Part shown: piece by piece, positions 1 through 9,392 of the stretch
Numbering within the stretch: the stretch's first letter is position 1
How the letters are laid out: every line of letters starts with the position of its first letter
Assembly (NCBI GenBank): GCA_964638215.1
Contig: CAZXBI010000002.1
Span: 1 to 40,620, forward strand
Reading direction: 5' to 3'
Length of the DNA: 40,620 bases
DNA from: an uncultured Syntrophorhabdus sp.
GTDB lineage: Bacteria > Desulfobacterota > BSN033 > UBA1163
Position numbers and translations under genes: made by a program
Notes under the pieces: model-generated
Database searches by the model: none
The model's input: the letters and a program-made list of their open reading frames with translations, nothing else
What the model was told of the DNA's origin: nothing

Positions 1-239
1 TGATTTTGGGTATCTCGAATGGCATGATGTTTCCCTCCCTCCGGTGATGACTTAGCAGGAAGCTGAAAAACGCCCATCTACTTCGTTTCCCTCATCCTTC
101 GTCGTTGCGACGTACATCCAAGTACGCCTCACTCCTCAGGATTTCGCCTGCCTGCGCGAAGCCGCTTCGGCGAAGGCAGGGGCGCCTCGTATCTGGGCAT
201 TTTTGAGCATCCTGAATAAAAGACTTTTTCAACAAACTT

Positions 240-455
240 TCAGGCCTTTGTCTTTCGTTTCTCACTGCCAAACCATTCGTCACTGAACCAGTAACGTTCC
301 CCTGTCTTGAGATAGGCAAGCATCTCTTCCCGATTTCTCAATTTTTCTCTCCAGTTCATCGGGGTCTCGGGAATTCCTTCCTCAAAAGTGGAGCCCAAAA
401 TCTCCACTTTTTTTCCGTTGAAAGCGACTTTTTCTTCCCTTTTATATTCGACCAT
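240..455 (-). CDS. small hypothetical protein (71 aa)
   Basis: Intact ORF. The reverse complement of 456-470 reads GAAAGGAGACGCCTT directly before the ATG, giving an AGGAG Shine-Dalgarno with a 7-nt spacer. No family recognised. The overlapping 92..319(-) ORF runs through a GC-rich repeat and is discounted. Confidence 0.45.
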   Translation of the reverse strand: MVEYKREEKVAFNGKKVEILGSTFEEGIPETPMNWREKLRNREEMLAYLKTGERYWFSDEWFGSEKRKTKA

Positions 456-712
456 AAGGCGTCTCCTTTCTAAGAGATCCCCTAACTTTTATCGTAACAC
501 TCGAACCCCAAGTTGTCCATTATTCGAAAATTAGCGGGTGGCCGAAAAACTTGATTATAGCCCCATATACAATTCAAAATATCACAACATCCTATGACAG
601 ATCATTGACTTAAATCAATATTCGGTTTAAAAATATAAATACGTTTATTTTTTATAGCAATCCTTCATAGCAGAACGTCACCATCGAACAATGAAAATTG
701 ATTCTAAACAAT

Positions 713-801
713 CCCCTCCCCCTTCGATGGGGGAGGGCGAGGGTGGGGGTGGATAGGTCGTTTGCCCCCTCACCCTTACCCTCTCCCACCAAGGGAGAGG
801 G
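713..801. repeat. pair of G/C-only hairpins (REP-like intergenic element)
   Basis: CCCCTCCCCC (713-722) pairs with GGGGGAGGGC (729-738), 9 of 10 positions. CCCTCTCCC (779-787) pairs perfectly with GGGAGAGGG (793-801). Located in the divergent intergenic region upstream of the LUD gene. Confidence 0.5.
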
Positions 802-852
802 AGATAATAGGTTTATTTTCTAAGCAATACATGAAAAAAGGAGGAAGAAAAT

Positions 853-1494
853 ATGGAGCAGTGGCAGCAGTGGTTTCAGGAGAAGCAGGTCGAAAGAACG
901 ATTAACGCATTGAAGAAGAATAACTTCGAGGCCGTCTTTGTTCCGGATTCCAAATCCGCCTGCGAAGAGGTTATGAAGCGGATACCGGATGGAGCGACAG
1001 TCGGGGTGGGAGGGTCTATCACCCTGACACAGATCGGATTGCTGGACGGCCTTGGAAATCGGAATGTCCGTCTAATCTGGCCTTTTCGACAGGGCAAGAC
1101 GCCGGAGGAAATTCTCGACCTGATCCGAAAGTCCTTTTCGGCAGATGTCTTTCTTTCAGGCACGAATGCGTTAACCGAGGATGGGAAGTTATTCAACGTG
1201 GATGCTACAGGAAACAGGGTGGGGGCCATGTTCATCGGGCCGAAAAAGACGATCATCGTCTGCGGAGTGAATAAGATTGTAAAGGATATGGAAGCCGCAG
1301 AGAAGAAGGTGAAGGAATGGACCGCCCCCCAGAATGCCAAACGGCTCGGCAAGAAAACACCCTGCGTCGAGACAGGTGTGTGTGCGGATTGCAAATCTCC
1401 TGATCGAATCTGCAATATCTATGTTACTTTGGCGAAGAAACCCGCCCGCACCGAAGTTATTGTCATTCTTGTTGGAGAAAAGTTGGGAATCTAA
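853..1494 (+). CDS. LUD-domain protein (lactate-utilisation LutC/YkgG-like, DUF162)
   Basis: 213 aa. GGAGGAAGAAAAT precedes the ATG. The N-terminal segment ...ATVGVGGSITL... and the C-terminal Cys-rich tail (CVETGVCADCKSPDRICNIYV) are as I recall for stand-alone LUD proteins. Confidence 0.75.
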   Translation: MEQWQQWFQEKQVERTINALKKNNFEAVFVPDSKSACEEVMKRIPDGATVGVGGSITLTQIGLLDGLGNRNVRLIWPFRQGKTPEEILDLIRKSFSADVFLSGTNALTEDGKLFNVDATGNRVGAMFIGPKKTIIVCGVNKIVKDMEAAEKKVKEWTAPQNAKRLGKKTPCVETGVCADCKSPDRICNIYVTLAKKPARTEVIVILVGEKLGI

Positions 1495-1526
1495 TAATGA
1501 TGAAATCGTAGAAAGTCCAACCACAT

Positions 1527-1705
1527 GTCATTGCGAGGAGCGTAGCGACGAAGCCTTGTCCTGAGCGTAGCGAAGGAACTTTTGAGATTGCCACGGGCTT
1601 TGCCCTCGCAACGACTTCGTCGGATTGCTTCGCTCCGCTCTGAACGCCATGCGGTGCCCCGAACCGTGCCGGTTCGGGGCACCGCATGGCTTCGCTCGCA
1701 ATGAC
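1527..1705. repeat. 179-nt GC-rich palindromic intergenic element
   Basis: Terminal inverted repeat GTCATTGCGAG (1527-1537) / CTCGCAATGAC (1695-1705). Internal perfect 18-bp hairpin CATGCGGTGCCCCGAACC (1648-1665) / GGTTCGGGGCACCGCATG (1671-1688). Internal direct repeat GAGCGTAGCGA x2. The ORFs crossing it (1334..1564, 1463..1708, 1491..1751) look like translation artefacts of the repeat. Confidence 0.6.
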
Positions 1706-1797
1706 CACTCTGGGGACTTTTTACGAGACCATCAAATTTTAAATCTATCAAAAAGTGTGCACTTTTAATTTTTAATTGACAAGACGTAATTTTTTTC

Positions 1798-1853
1798 TTG
1801 ACAAAAAAATTTGGTTCTGGTAAATAGGCCCAAAAACCGAATGATTATTCGGT
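1798..1853 (+). promoter_or_regulatory. putative sigma70 promoter plus palindromic operator of the ABC-importer operon
   Basis: TTGACA (1798-1803), 17-nt spacer, TAAATA (1821-1826). Perfect palindrome ACCGAAT-GATT-ATTCGGT at 1836-1853 lies just downstream of the -10. The block AATTTTTTTCTTGAC (1788-1802) recurs exactly at 13478-13492 in front of the TetR gene. Confidence 0.45.
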
Positions 1854-1937
1854 AATAAAAAAAGCTCCATGTCATGCGACTATTAGTTCGCTTTAAATAG
1901 AAGTTAAATTTGTTGATCAATTAAGGGAAGAATAACA

Positions 1938-2717
1938 ATGGAAAAAATTTTAAGGGTAAATCACATTGATCTCAGTTTTGGGGGTGTACAAGTTTTAATG
2001 GATATCAGTTTTGATATGGAGGAAAGATCCATCTATGCCATTATCGGACCCAATGGGGCGGGTAAGACTTCTTTAGTAAACTGCATTAATGGATTTTATC
2101 GGCCTCAGAAAGGTGAAATCTACTATAGGGATTACCAAATTAACAAACTTCCATCACACCGGACTGCGAAATTAGGGGTTGGAAGAACCTTTCAACAGAT
2201 TGAATTATATACGGGTCTCACGACTGTGGAGAACCTTCTGGCGGGAAGGCACATGCTCTTTAAATCGGGTATGGTGGCAGGGGCTCTTTTCTATGGAAAA
2301 GCTCGAGGAGAAGAGGTCCAGCATCGAAGAGCAGTAGAAGAGATCATCGACCTTTTGGAAATGGAGGCCATTCGAGACGAGGTCGTTGGCAATCTCTCCT
2401 ACGGACTTCGAAAGCGGGTTGAATTGGGAAGGGCTTTGGCGATGGAGCCCAAGTTGCTCGTTTTGGATGAGCCCATGGCTGGGATGAATGTCGAAGAAAA
2501 GGAGGACATGGTACGATTTGTCCTCGACATTTACGACCTCAAAGGAACTTCCATTCTGCTGATTGAGCACGATATGGGTGTCGTCATGGATATCAGCCAA
2601 AAAGTCATTGTCCTTGACTTTGGGGTAAAAATTGCAGAGGGAACTCCTAACGAGATCGCCAAAAATCCTGATGTCATTAAGGCTTACCTTGGAACGAAGG
2701 GAAGGAAGGCAGCATAG
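1938..2717 (+). CDS. ABC transporter ATP-binding protein, LivG-like
   Basis: 259 aa. Walker A GPNGAGKTS, signature LSYGLRKRVELGRAL, Walker B LLVLDEPMAG. The LivG-type insertion is present. Confidence 0.9.
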   Translation: MEKILRVNHIDLSFGGVQVLMDISFDMEERSIYAIIGPNGAGKTSLVNCINGFYRPQKGEIYYRDYQINKLPSHRTAKLGVGRTFQQIELYTGLTTVENLLAGRHMLFKSGMVAGALFYGKARGEEVQHRRAVEEIIDLLEMEAIRDEVVGNLSYGLRKRVELGRALAMEPKLLVLDEPMAGMNVEEKEDMVRFVLDIYDLKGTSILLIEHDMGVVMDISQKVIVLDFGVKIAEGTPNEIAKNPDVIKAYLGTKGRKAA

Positions 2718-2772
2718 AGAGACTTAGGAGAAAAGAGTCAACCCATCCTTTTGAAAAGGAGTATTCGAGTTT

Positions 2773-4674
2773 ATGAAGGTAGATACATTACCAAAGCTTT
2801 TATTTGAAAATTATCAACGGTATGGTGCCAATAAGGTAGCGATGCGTCGGAAGGATTTAGGCCTCTGGTATGAGTATACATGGGAAGATAGCTACGAGAG
2901 CGTCAAATATTTTTTCTACGGTTTGTTGAGCTTGGGCCTTAAACCCCAGGACAAAGTCGCCATTATTGGAGAGAATGACCCAGAATGGTATTGGGCCGAA
3001 TATGCTACACAGGCAGCCCATGCCATACCGTTTGGTATTTTCGTTGATGCCCACCATGAGGAGTTGAAATATTATTTAGAGCATTCCGATAGTACCATTG
3101 TCGTGGCCCATGATCAGGAACAGACAGATAAATGTTTGGGTTTAATCGATGAACTTCCCAAGCTCAAGAAGATTATTTATTGGGATCCAAAAGGGCTGTG
3201 GACTTATGAGGATGATCGAATCGTCTACTTCTATGATGTGATCAAATTGGGGAAAGAGTATGAAAAAGCACACCCGGGTCTCTTTGAAGAGATGGTGGAG
3301 AAGACCAAAGAGGATGATATTGCCTGTTTCTGCTACACCTCAGGGACCACAGGGCTTGCCAAAGCTGCTATGCTTTGCCATTCGGGTATCATTGAGACCG
3401 CTCGGAATTGGTTTGCCATCGATCCTTGGTATCCCACCGACGAATACCTTTCTTACCTTCCTCCAGCCTGGGCGGCGGAACAGTTTTTAGGCGTTACAGG
3501 TGGAATGTTGAGCGCCATCACGGTCAATTTTCCTGAAAGGGCTGAGACGGTTCAGGAGAACATGCGCGAGATTGGTCCTCAAATCGTATTCTACAGTTCC
3601 CGTCTCTGGGAAAGCACGGCATCCTCAGTACAAGCAAAGATCACAGATACCATCAAGATAAAAAGATTCCTTTATAATCTCTTTATGCCAATAGGGAATA
3701 AAGTCGCAGATATGCGCTTTGATAAGGAGAACCCAAACCTTTTATGGAGAAGTCTCCGTTTTCTGGGTGAATGGATGATTTATCGGCCCCTCAGGGATAA
3801 GATCGGGATGCGAGATATCCGATACGGCTATTCCTCAGGAGCAGCCATCAGCCCAGAAATGATCCGGCTTTTCCATGCCATGGGAGTCAATTTGAAGTCA
3901 CTCTACGGCCTCAGTGAAACAGGGATCAACGTGATCGGCCGTGATGAAAATTTCAGTCCGGATGTCACCGGCAATGCACTTCCCAATTCCGAAGTAAAGG
4001 TCAATGAGGATGGAGAAATTATCATCCGGAGCAAGAGCATGCTCAAGGGATACTATAAAAATCCAGCCGCTTATGAAGAGAAGGTAAGGGATGGATGGTT
4101 TCATACAGGCGACTTCGGATATATCGATGAGAAAAACCGATTAACCGTCATCGATCGGATTGAGGATATAAGGGAGTTAAGGACGGGAACCAAATTTTCA
4201 CCCCAGTTTACCGAAATTCGGTTGAGGTTCTCCCCTTATATTAAGGATGGCCTTACTCTCGGAGGCAAGGATAGGGATTTTGTTTCAGCAATTATTAATA
4301 TCAATTTTGAAAATGTGGGCAAGTGGGCCGAAGCAAAGCACATTGCTTATACGACCTTTGTTGATCTTTCTCAGAAGGAACAGGTCTATGACCTCATCCT
4401 ACAATACATCCAACGGATCAATAAAGTCGTTCCTGAAGGGGCGAGAATAAAGAAGTTCGTCAATCTTCATAAGGAATTCGATGCGGATGAAGCTGAACTG
4501 ACAAGAAGTAGGAAGATAAGAAGATCCTTTGTCGAAGAGCGTTATGCCAACCTGATCAATGCCATCTATAGTGATATGGACCAAATTGTCATTGATGCCC
4601 CTGTGACTTACCGAGACGGAAGAACAGGGGTGATTAAGACTGCTGTCAGCATCAAGAAGGTGCCGGAAGTTTAG
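2773..4674 (+). CDS. AMP-forming acyl-CoA synthetase (FadD-like, long form) embedded in the ABC operon
   Basis: 633 aa. AMP-binding motif YTSGTTGLAKAAM; GWFHTGDFGYIDE..RLTVIDR motif. Confidence 0.9.
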   Translation: MKVDTLPKLLFENYQRYGANKVAMRRKDLGLWYEYTWEDSYESVKYFFYGLLSLGLKPQDKVAIIGENDPEWYWAEYATQAAHAIPFGIFVDAHHEELKYYLEHSDSTIVVAHDQEQTDKCLGLIDELPKLKKIIYWDPKGLWTYEDDRIVYFYDVIKLGKEYEKAHPGLFEEMVEKTKEDDIACFCYTSGTTGLAKAAMLCHSGIIETARNWFAIDPWYPTDEYLSYLPPAWAAEQFLGVTGGMLSAITVNFPERAETVQENMREIGPQIVFYSSRLWESTASSVQAKITDTIKIKRFLYNLFMPIGNKVADMRFDKENPNLLWRSLRFLGEWMIYRPLRDKIGMRDIRYGYSSGAAISPEMIRLFHAMGVNLKSLYGLSETGINVIGRDENFSPDVTGNALPNSEVKVNEDGEIIIRSKSMLKGYYKNPAAYEEKVRDGWFHTGDFGYIDEKNRLTVIDRIEDIRELRTGTKFSPQFTEIRLRFSPYIKDGLTLGGKDRDFVSAIININFENVGKWAEAKHIAYTTFVDLSQKEQVYDLILQYIQRINKVVPEGARIKKFVNLHKEFDADEAELTRSRKIRRSFVEERYANLINAIYSDMDQIVIDAPVTYRDGRTGVIKTAVSIKKVPEV

Positions 4675-4704
4675 TTCATATAAAATCAATACGGAGAGAC
4701 AAAA

Positions 4705-5574
4705 ATGACATTTTTCTTACAATTGACGGTAACGGGTCTTCTGACGGGGAGTTTATATGCCCTGATCGCCTTGGGCATCGTTCTTATTTATAAGGCGACG
4801 CGAGTTTTTAATTTTGCCCAGGGCGAAGTGCTCATCATCAGCGGCCTGATGACGACGACTTTTATTAGTATGTTTGGGATCGCTTTAGGATTGATTTGTG
4901 GAATTATCATTGCTTTTTTCATGGGACTGGTTGTAGAAAGGTTGACCCTTCGTCCACTCATAGGACAGCCCATTCTATCTACCATTATGATGACCCTTGG
5001 ACTAGCTTGGGCACTCAGAGGGTTCGGTACCATCGGTTGGCAATCGACCATACGCCATATGCCAGAATTTGTTCCAACCGGACAGTTTAAACTGGGCGAA
5101 GTGGGAATTAGCCAGACCCATCTTGTTGCCTTCATTACCTCGATGTTGGCCTTTGTTCTCTTTGCCATCTTTTTCCAGAAGACGAAACTGGGTCTTGGAA
5201 TGAGGGCCACCGCTGAAAATCATCAGTATGCCCAAAGCACAGGGATCAATGTGAGGGGAGTCTTTGCCATGACCTGGGCCATCTCTTGTATGACGGCCAG
5301 TTTGGCAGCCATTTTGCTCGGTGCGATCGGAGGTGGGATCAGCCCTACGGTTTCTATTATTGGATTGAAGGCTTTCCCAGCCGTCATCGTGGGCGGAATG
5401 GAGTCGCTCCCCGGTGCAGTGATAGGGGGGCTTGCAATCGGTTTGATCGAAGCCTGGGCAGGGGGATTGATTCATCCTTCTTTGATCGATATCACCCCTT
5501 ATGTCATTTTGCTTTTTGTTTTATTTATCAAACCTTATGGTATTTTCGGATTAATTCGAATAGAAAGGGTATGA
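4705..5574 (+). CDS. ABC transporter permease, LivH-like
   Basis: 289 aa, multi-pass hydrophobic protein with the typical LivH N-terminus (QLTVTGLLTGSLYALIALGIVLIYK). Confidence 0.9.
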   Translation: MTFFLQLTVTGLLTGSLYALIALGIVLIYKATRVFNFAQGEVLIISGLMTTTFISMFGIALGLICGIIIAFFMGLVVERLTLRPLIGQPILSTIMMTLGLAWALRGFGTIGWQSTIRHMPEFVPTGQFKLGEVGISQTHLVAFITSMLAFVLFAIFFQKTKLGLGMRATAENHQYAQSTGINVRGVFAMTWAISCMTASLAAILLGAIGGGISPTVSIIGLKAFPAVIVGGMESLPGAVIGGLAIGLIEAWAGGLIHPSLIDITPYVILLFVLFIKPYGIFGLIRIERV

Positions 5575-5577
5575 GCG

Positions 5578-6648
5578 ATGAAACTTTTCGGAACTTATGA
5601 TGTTCGGTATACTCAGTGTTCGGCCATCTTCAGGACTCGTGTCCACAAGGTCACCTTTGCTCTATTTCTCGTTCTCCTTTTCTTTCTGCCGATGTTAACC
5701 GGATCCCAATTTATCTCACTCATCAATCAAATTGCCGTGACTTCTATCAGTACGATTGGCCTCATGATTCTGGTCGGTTATACTGGCCAGATCTCTTTAG
5801 GGCAATCGGCTTTTATGGCGGTGGGAGCTTATACCTCTGGATTGCTGGTCACCCTTGCCGGGTTTCCCTTCTTATTAGCTCTGCCTTGTGCCGGTTTAGC
5901 CGCAGGTTTAGCAGGATTGATATTCGGTATTCCCTCCCTTCGATTGAAGGGGTTCTATTTAGCCATGGCAACATTGGCTGCTTCTTTTATCATTCCATGG
6001 CTCATCATCTGGGTTAGGCCTGATATCACCGGTGGAGTCTATCCGGGGCTTACTGTACCCCCCCCAGACATATTTGGCATTCGTTGCGATACAGAAACCT
6101 CTATATATTATCTCTTCATTTCGGTCACCATTATCATGGTTTATTTCGCCAAGAATATTACACGCACCCGTGTTGGACGAGCTCTTGTAGCGATAAGAGA
6201 CAATGACCTTGCAGCCGAAGTATTAGGTATTAATATCTTTAAATATAAACTGATCGCTTTTTTTATCTGCTCCGTCTATGCAGGGGTGGCTGGGGCCCTC
6301 TGGGGGCATTGGCAGCGGGCACTGAATCCAGAACATTTCACACTGATGGACTCCGTATGGTACTTAGGGATGATTGTCATCGGTGGCCTGGGGAGTATTA
6401 TGGGAGCTATTTTTGGTACCACTTTTATCAGGGTTCTGGAGCACTTTGTCACCTTTATTGCGCCGGTTTTAGAAGGGCTTCTGCCTGAAGGTTTAGCAGG
6501 GGGATACGGGATTTATATCTTTGTAGGATTGGGGGCGTTAACCTTTGGCCTTTCAATGGTTCTCTTCCTTATCTTTGAGCCGAGGGGGATCAACCATGCA
6601 TGGAGAGTTTTCCTGGCCTCATGGCGCCTTCATCCATTTTCAGATTAA
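5578..6648 (+). CDS. ABC transporter permease, LivM-like
   Basis: 356 aa hydrophobic protein with the GQISLGQSAFMAVGAYT motif typical of LivM. Starts 4 nt after the LivH-like stop. Confidence 0.9.
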   Translation: MKLFGTYDVRYTQCSAIFRTRVHKVTFALFLVLLFFLPMLTGSQFISLINQIAVTSISTIGLMILVGYTGQISLGQSAFMAVGAYTSGLLVTLAGFPFLLALPCAGLAAGLAGLIFGIPSLRLKGFYLAMATLAASFIIPWLIIWVRPDITGGVYPGLTVPPPDIFGIRCDTETSIYYLFISVTIIMVYFAKNITRTRVGRALVAIRDNDLAAEVLGINIFKYKLIAFFICSVYAGVAGALWGHWQRALNPEHFTLMDSVWYLGMIVIGGLGSIMGAIFGTTFIRVLEHFVTFIAPVLEGLLPEGLAGGYGIYIFVGLGALTFGLSMVLFLIFEPRGINHAWRVFLASWRLHPFSD

Positions 6649-6721
6649 AAACTCATTTTAGAAAGGAGGTGTGTCTCATTTCCAAAAATAATTCATAAAT
6701 TTTAAAGGAAGGAGGTCTAAA

Positions 6722-7960
6722 ATGGTCAAAAAAAAGATGAAGGAAAAGAGTATGGGTGGGGTTTTTGGTATTCTTGTAAGTATCCTCTTAATCTTAACAG
6801 CCCTGGTGATATTTGAACCAGCACAGGCAGCGGACAAGGTCATCACAATCTATGCCATGGGTGACTATTCAGGCCCCTATGGAGGCATCACCACTCCTGG
6901 TCTGGCAGCCCATCGTGATGTGATAAAATATTGGGAAAAGAATAATTTGATTCCCGGTGCCAAATATGAGCTCAAATGGTCAGATAGCGGTGGTGTCCTT
7001 GCTCGGGCAACTTCTATATTTCGTCGCTTGAGGGATTCAAAACCTAAGCCCCTATTGATCGTAATAGCCCAGACCGGAGAAGCGGAGGCCCTAAGACACC
7101 TTTTTGAGGAGTCTAAGATCGTGCTTTTTAGCTGGGGGGCTAGCGCAAAGGTCACCTATCCCGTAGGGAAGTACGTTTTCGGTAATATGGTCTCCTACCC
7201 TGACCAGTTTGGCTTTTTTATCGATTATGTTTCCAAGAATTGGGATTATGCCAAGATGAAGAGGAATCCGAAAGTCGGGATCCTCACCTGGGATACTGCC
7301 TTTGGCCGAGGTTTCGAGAGTGATGTGACAATGGCCTATGCTGCCCAAGAGAAGGTCGATCTCATTAAGCCATTCCAATTTGCACCAACCGCTCCGGTCG
7401 ATGTCAGCACTCAGCTATTATCCTTGAACAAGGAAGGTGCTGACTGGATATATTCGAGTTGGTTAGCTCCTCAAACAGCAACCGTATGCAAGGATCTCGC
7501 ACGCCTTGGTTTTAAGGATAAGATCAAATATGCCGGTTCTTGCCCGACGGGCGATATGTTTCTCAAGAGGCTGGCTGGAGATGATGCTGAAGGTTTTCTC
7601 AGTACCCATTCCTATGCCACTTTTGATGAAGATCCAAATAGCCTTTGGATAAAGATCTTTAAAGAGAATAAACGGAAACCAGAAGATATGGCTTATGGTT
7701 ATCCTCAAATGGTATCTGGAACGATGACGATCCTTGAGGCATACAAACGGGCGACTCAGAAGGTCGGTTGGGAAAAGTTGAACTCCGATGCCCTATCAGA
7801 GGCATTGGAGAGCCTAAAAGATTTCGATGCTTGGACAGCTCCGACCACTTATGCACCGAACAGGCATAGCCATAATAAATTAAGGCTTATTCAATGGCAG
7901 AAAGGCAAACTGTTGCCTGTAACGGGTTGGACAGAAGCACCCAATATGAATCCTAAATAG
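6722..7960 (+). CDS. periplasmic/extracytoplasmic substrate-binding protein of Liv-type ABC system
   Basis: 412 aa. N-terminal signal peptide ending AQA/AD. AGGAGG Shine-Dalgarno at 6710-6715. Position is between the permeases and the second ATPase. Confidence 0.8.
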   Translation: MVKKKMKEKSMGGVFGILVSILLILTALVIFEPAQAADKVITIYAMGDYSGPYGGITTPGLAAHRDVIKYWEKNNLIPGAKYELKWSDSGGVLARATSIFRRLRDSKPKPLLIVIAQTGEAEALRHLFEESKIVLFSWGASAKVTYPVGKYVFGNMVSYPDQFGFFIDYVSKNWDYAKMKRNPKVGILTWDTAFGRGFESDVTMAYAAQEKVDLIKPFQFAPTAPVDVSTQLLSLNKEGADWIYSSWLAPQTATVCKDLARLGFKDKIKYAGSCPTGDMFLKRLAGDDAEGFLSTHSYATFDEDPNSLWIKIFKENKRKPEDMAYGYPQMVSGTMTILEAYKRATQKVGWEKLNSDALSEALESLKDFDAWTAPTTYAPNRHSHNKLRLIQWQKGKLLPVTGWTEAPNMNPK

Positions 7961-8035
7961 GAGTCATCCGTTTGAAAAATTTTTGGGTATTTGAGAAGGG
8001 AGCTTTCCAATTCAGATCTTAAAAGGAGTGGCAAC

Positions 8036-8830
8036 GTGTTAGATATCCTGAATATAGAGGTCCGTTATAGCGGGGTCATTTTAGTGCTGAAAGGAGTGAG
8101 CTTGAAAGTACCGGAAGGAAAGATTGTTGCCCTTCTGGGTGCAAATGGTGCCGGGAAGAGTACCACCCTCAAGGCCATATCCGGTTTGCTGTCTACTGAG
8201 CTGGGGAAGGTTACGGATGGCGCGATCTTTTTTGAAGGGGAGCGGATACATAATAAGAATCCCCAAGATATCGTCAAAAAAGGGATTGTTCAGGTGATTG
8301 AAGGTCGCGCTATTTTTGAGCACCTCACAACCGAAGAAAATTTGATGACCGGTGCCTATCTTCGCCACAATAGGAGTCAGGTCAAGAAAGACTTAGATAA
8401 GGTTTATGCCTATTTTCCAAGACTTAGCTCGCTTCAGAACAGAACGAGTGGTTATCTTTCTGGTGGGGAGCAGCAAATGTTGGTCATTGGACGAGGCTTG
8501 ATGTCACAACCCAAGATCATGCTTATCGATGAGGCCTCTCTGGGGCTCGCCCCCCTGCTGGTCGATGAAATCTTTGAGATCATAAAAAATATCAACCTTG
8601 AAGAGAAGAGGGCTATTTTGTTGGTGGAGCAGAATGCCATGGCTGCCCTCGATATTGCCAGCTATGGCTATGTGATGGAAGATGGCAGAATTGTCTTAGA
8701 TGGACCGAGTGAGGCGCTTAAGAATAATGAGGACATCAAAGAGTTCTACCTAGGACTCAGTGAGGTGGGAACCAAGAAAAGCTATCGTGAGATAAAACAT
8801 TACAAGAGGCGTAAAAGGTGGATGGGGTAA
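8036..8830 (+). CDS. ABC transporter ATP-binding protein, LivF-like
   Basis: Walker A GANGAGKST, signature LSGGEQQML, Walker B IMLIDEASLG. The ORF is open from TTG 7991. The in-frame GTG at 8036 is preceded by AAAGGAG (8022-8028) and is the more likely start. Confidence 0.9.
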   Translation: MLDILNIEVRYSGVILVLKGVSLKVPEGKIVALLGANGAGKSTTLKAISGLLSTELGKVTDGAIFFEGERIHNKNPQDIVKKGIVQVIEGRAIFEHLTTEENLMTGAYLRHNRSQVKKDLDKVYAYFPRLSSLQNRTSGYLSGGEQQMLVIGRGLMSQPKIMLIDEASLGLAPLLVDEIFEIIKNINLEEKRAILLVEQNAMAALDIASYGYVMEDGRIVLDGPSEALKNNEDIKEFYLGLSEVGTKKSYREIKHYKRRKRWMG

Positions 8831-8873
8831 AGAAAGAATTAATTGAAAAGTAATAAGAAAGGAGGAGGGAAAA

Positions 8874-9392
8874 ATGCGTAAACTGATGATGATATTAACC
8901 ATGGGAGTGCTCCTACTATCTGTGAGCTGTCAGACGATGACCGGTAGTATGAAAGGAACTACGGAAATTCAACCCGTCAGCGTAAAGTTAGTGGATCTAT
9001 CCAAAATCTTTACAGGTTCAGAAGCGATTATTGTTGAGATGTTATTTGAAATATCCAATCCAAATCCATTTCTAATTAATGTGACTCAGTTGGAATGGAC
9101 GGTCAGCATCGAAAAGATCCGATTAGGGACTTTGGCCATTCCCGAGGGTATCTATATTCCTGCCAAAAAGGAAGCTCAGGTGAGGAAGACCTATTTTCTG
9201 AATCCGAAGACGGGACCGGTCAATCTTCTTCTCGCGGGAGCGGTCATTAACTTACAGAAGGGATCTGAGGTCTTCGGTGGCATCAGCAAGGCGATCACTG
9301 AAGATAAGGCTGTGTGGAATCTCGATGGAGCCGCTTTTGTAGATAGTGAAAAGGGTTCGAGTTCAACGACATTTACTGCTGAATGGAAATAA
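8874..9392 (+). CDS. lipoprotein with LEA_2 / WHy-like domain
   Basis: 172 aa. Signal peptide with lipobox-like LSVSC. The central segment FEISNPNPFLINVTQLEWTVSIEKIRLG resembles the NPN...L.Y.L..ng motif of LEA14/WHy domains. GGAGGAGGG Shine-Dalgarno. Confidence 0.55.
   Translation: MRKLMMILTMGVLLLSVSCQTMTGSMKGTTEIQPVSVKLVDLSKIFTGSEAIIVEMLFEISNPNPFLINVTQLEWTVSIEKIRLGTLAIPEGIYIPAKKEAQVRKTYFLNPKTGPVNLLLAGAVINLQKGSEVFGGISKAITEDKAVWNLDGAAFVDSEKGSSSTTFTAEWK

Noticed and set aside
876-1524. Minus-strand ORFs 876..1415 and 1189..1524 inside the LUD gene.
   Set aside because: These are shadow ORFs antisense to a well-supported CDS, with no Shine-Dalgarno or motifs.
1334-1751. ORFs 1334..1564, 1463..1708 and 1491..1751 across the 179-nt repeat.
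   Set aside because: These are translations of the palindromic repeat. The peptide motifs (e.g. APRNDM, CEERSDEA) are the kind produced by such repeats in many genomes, not real proteins.
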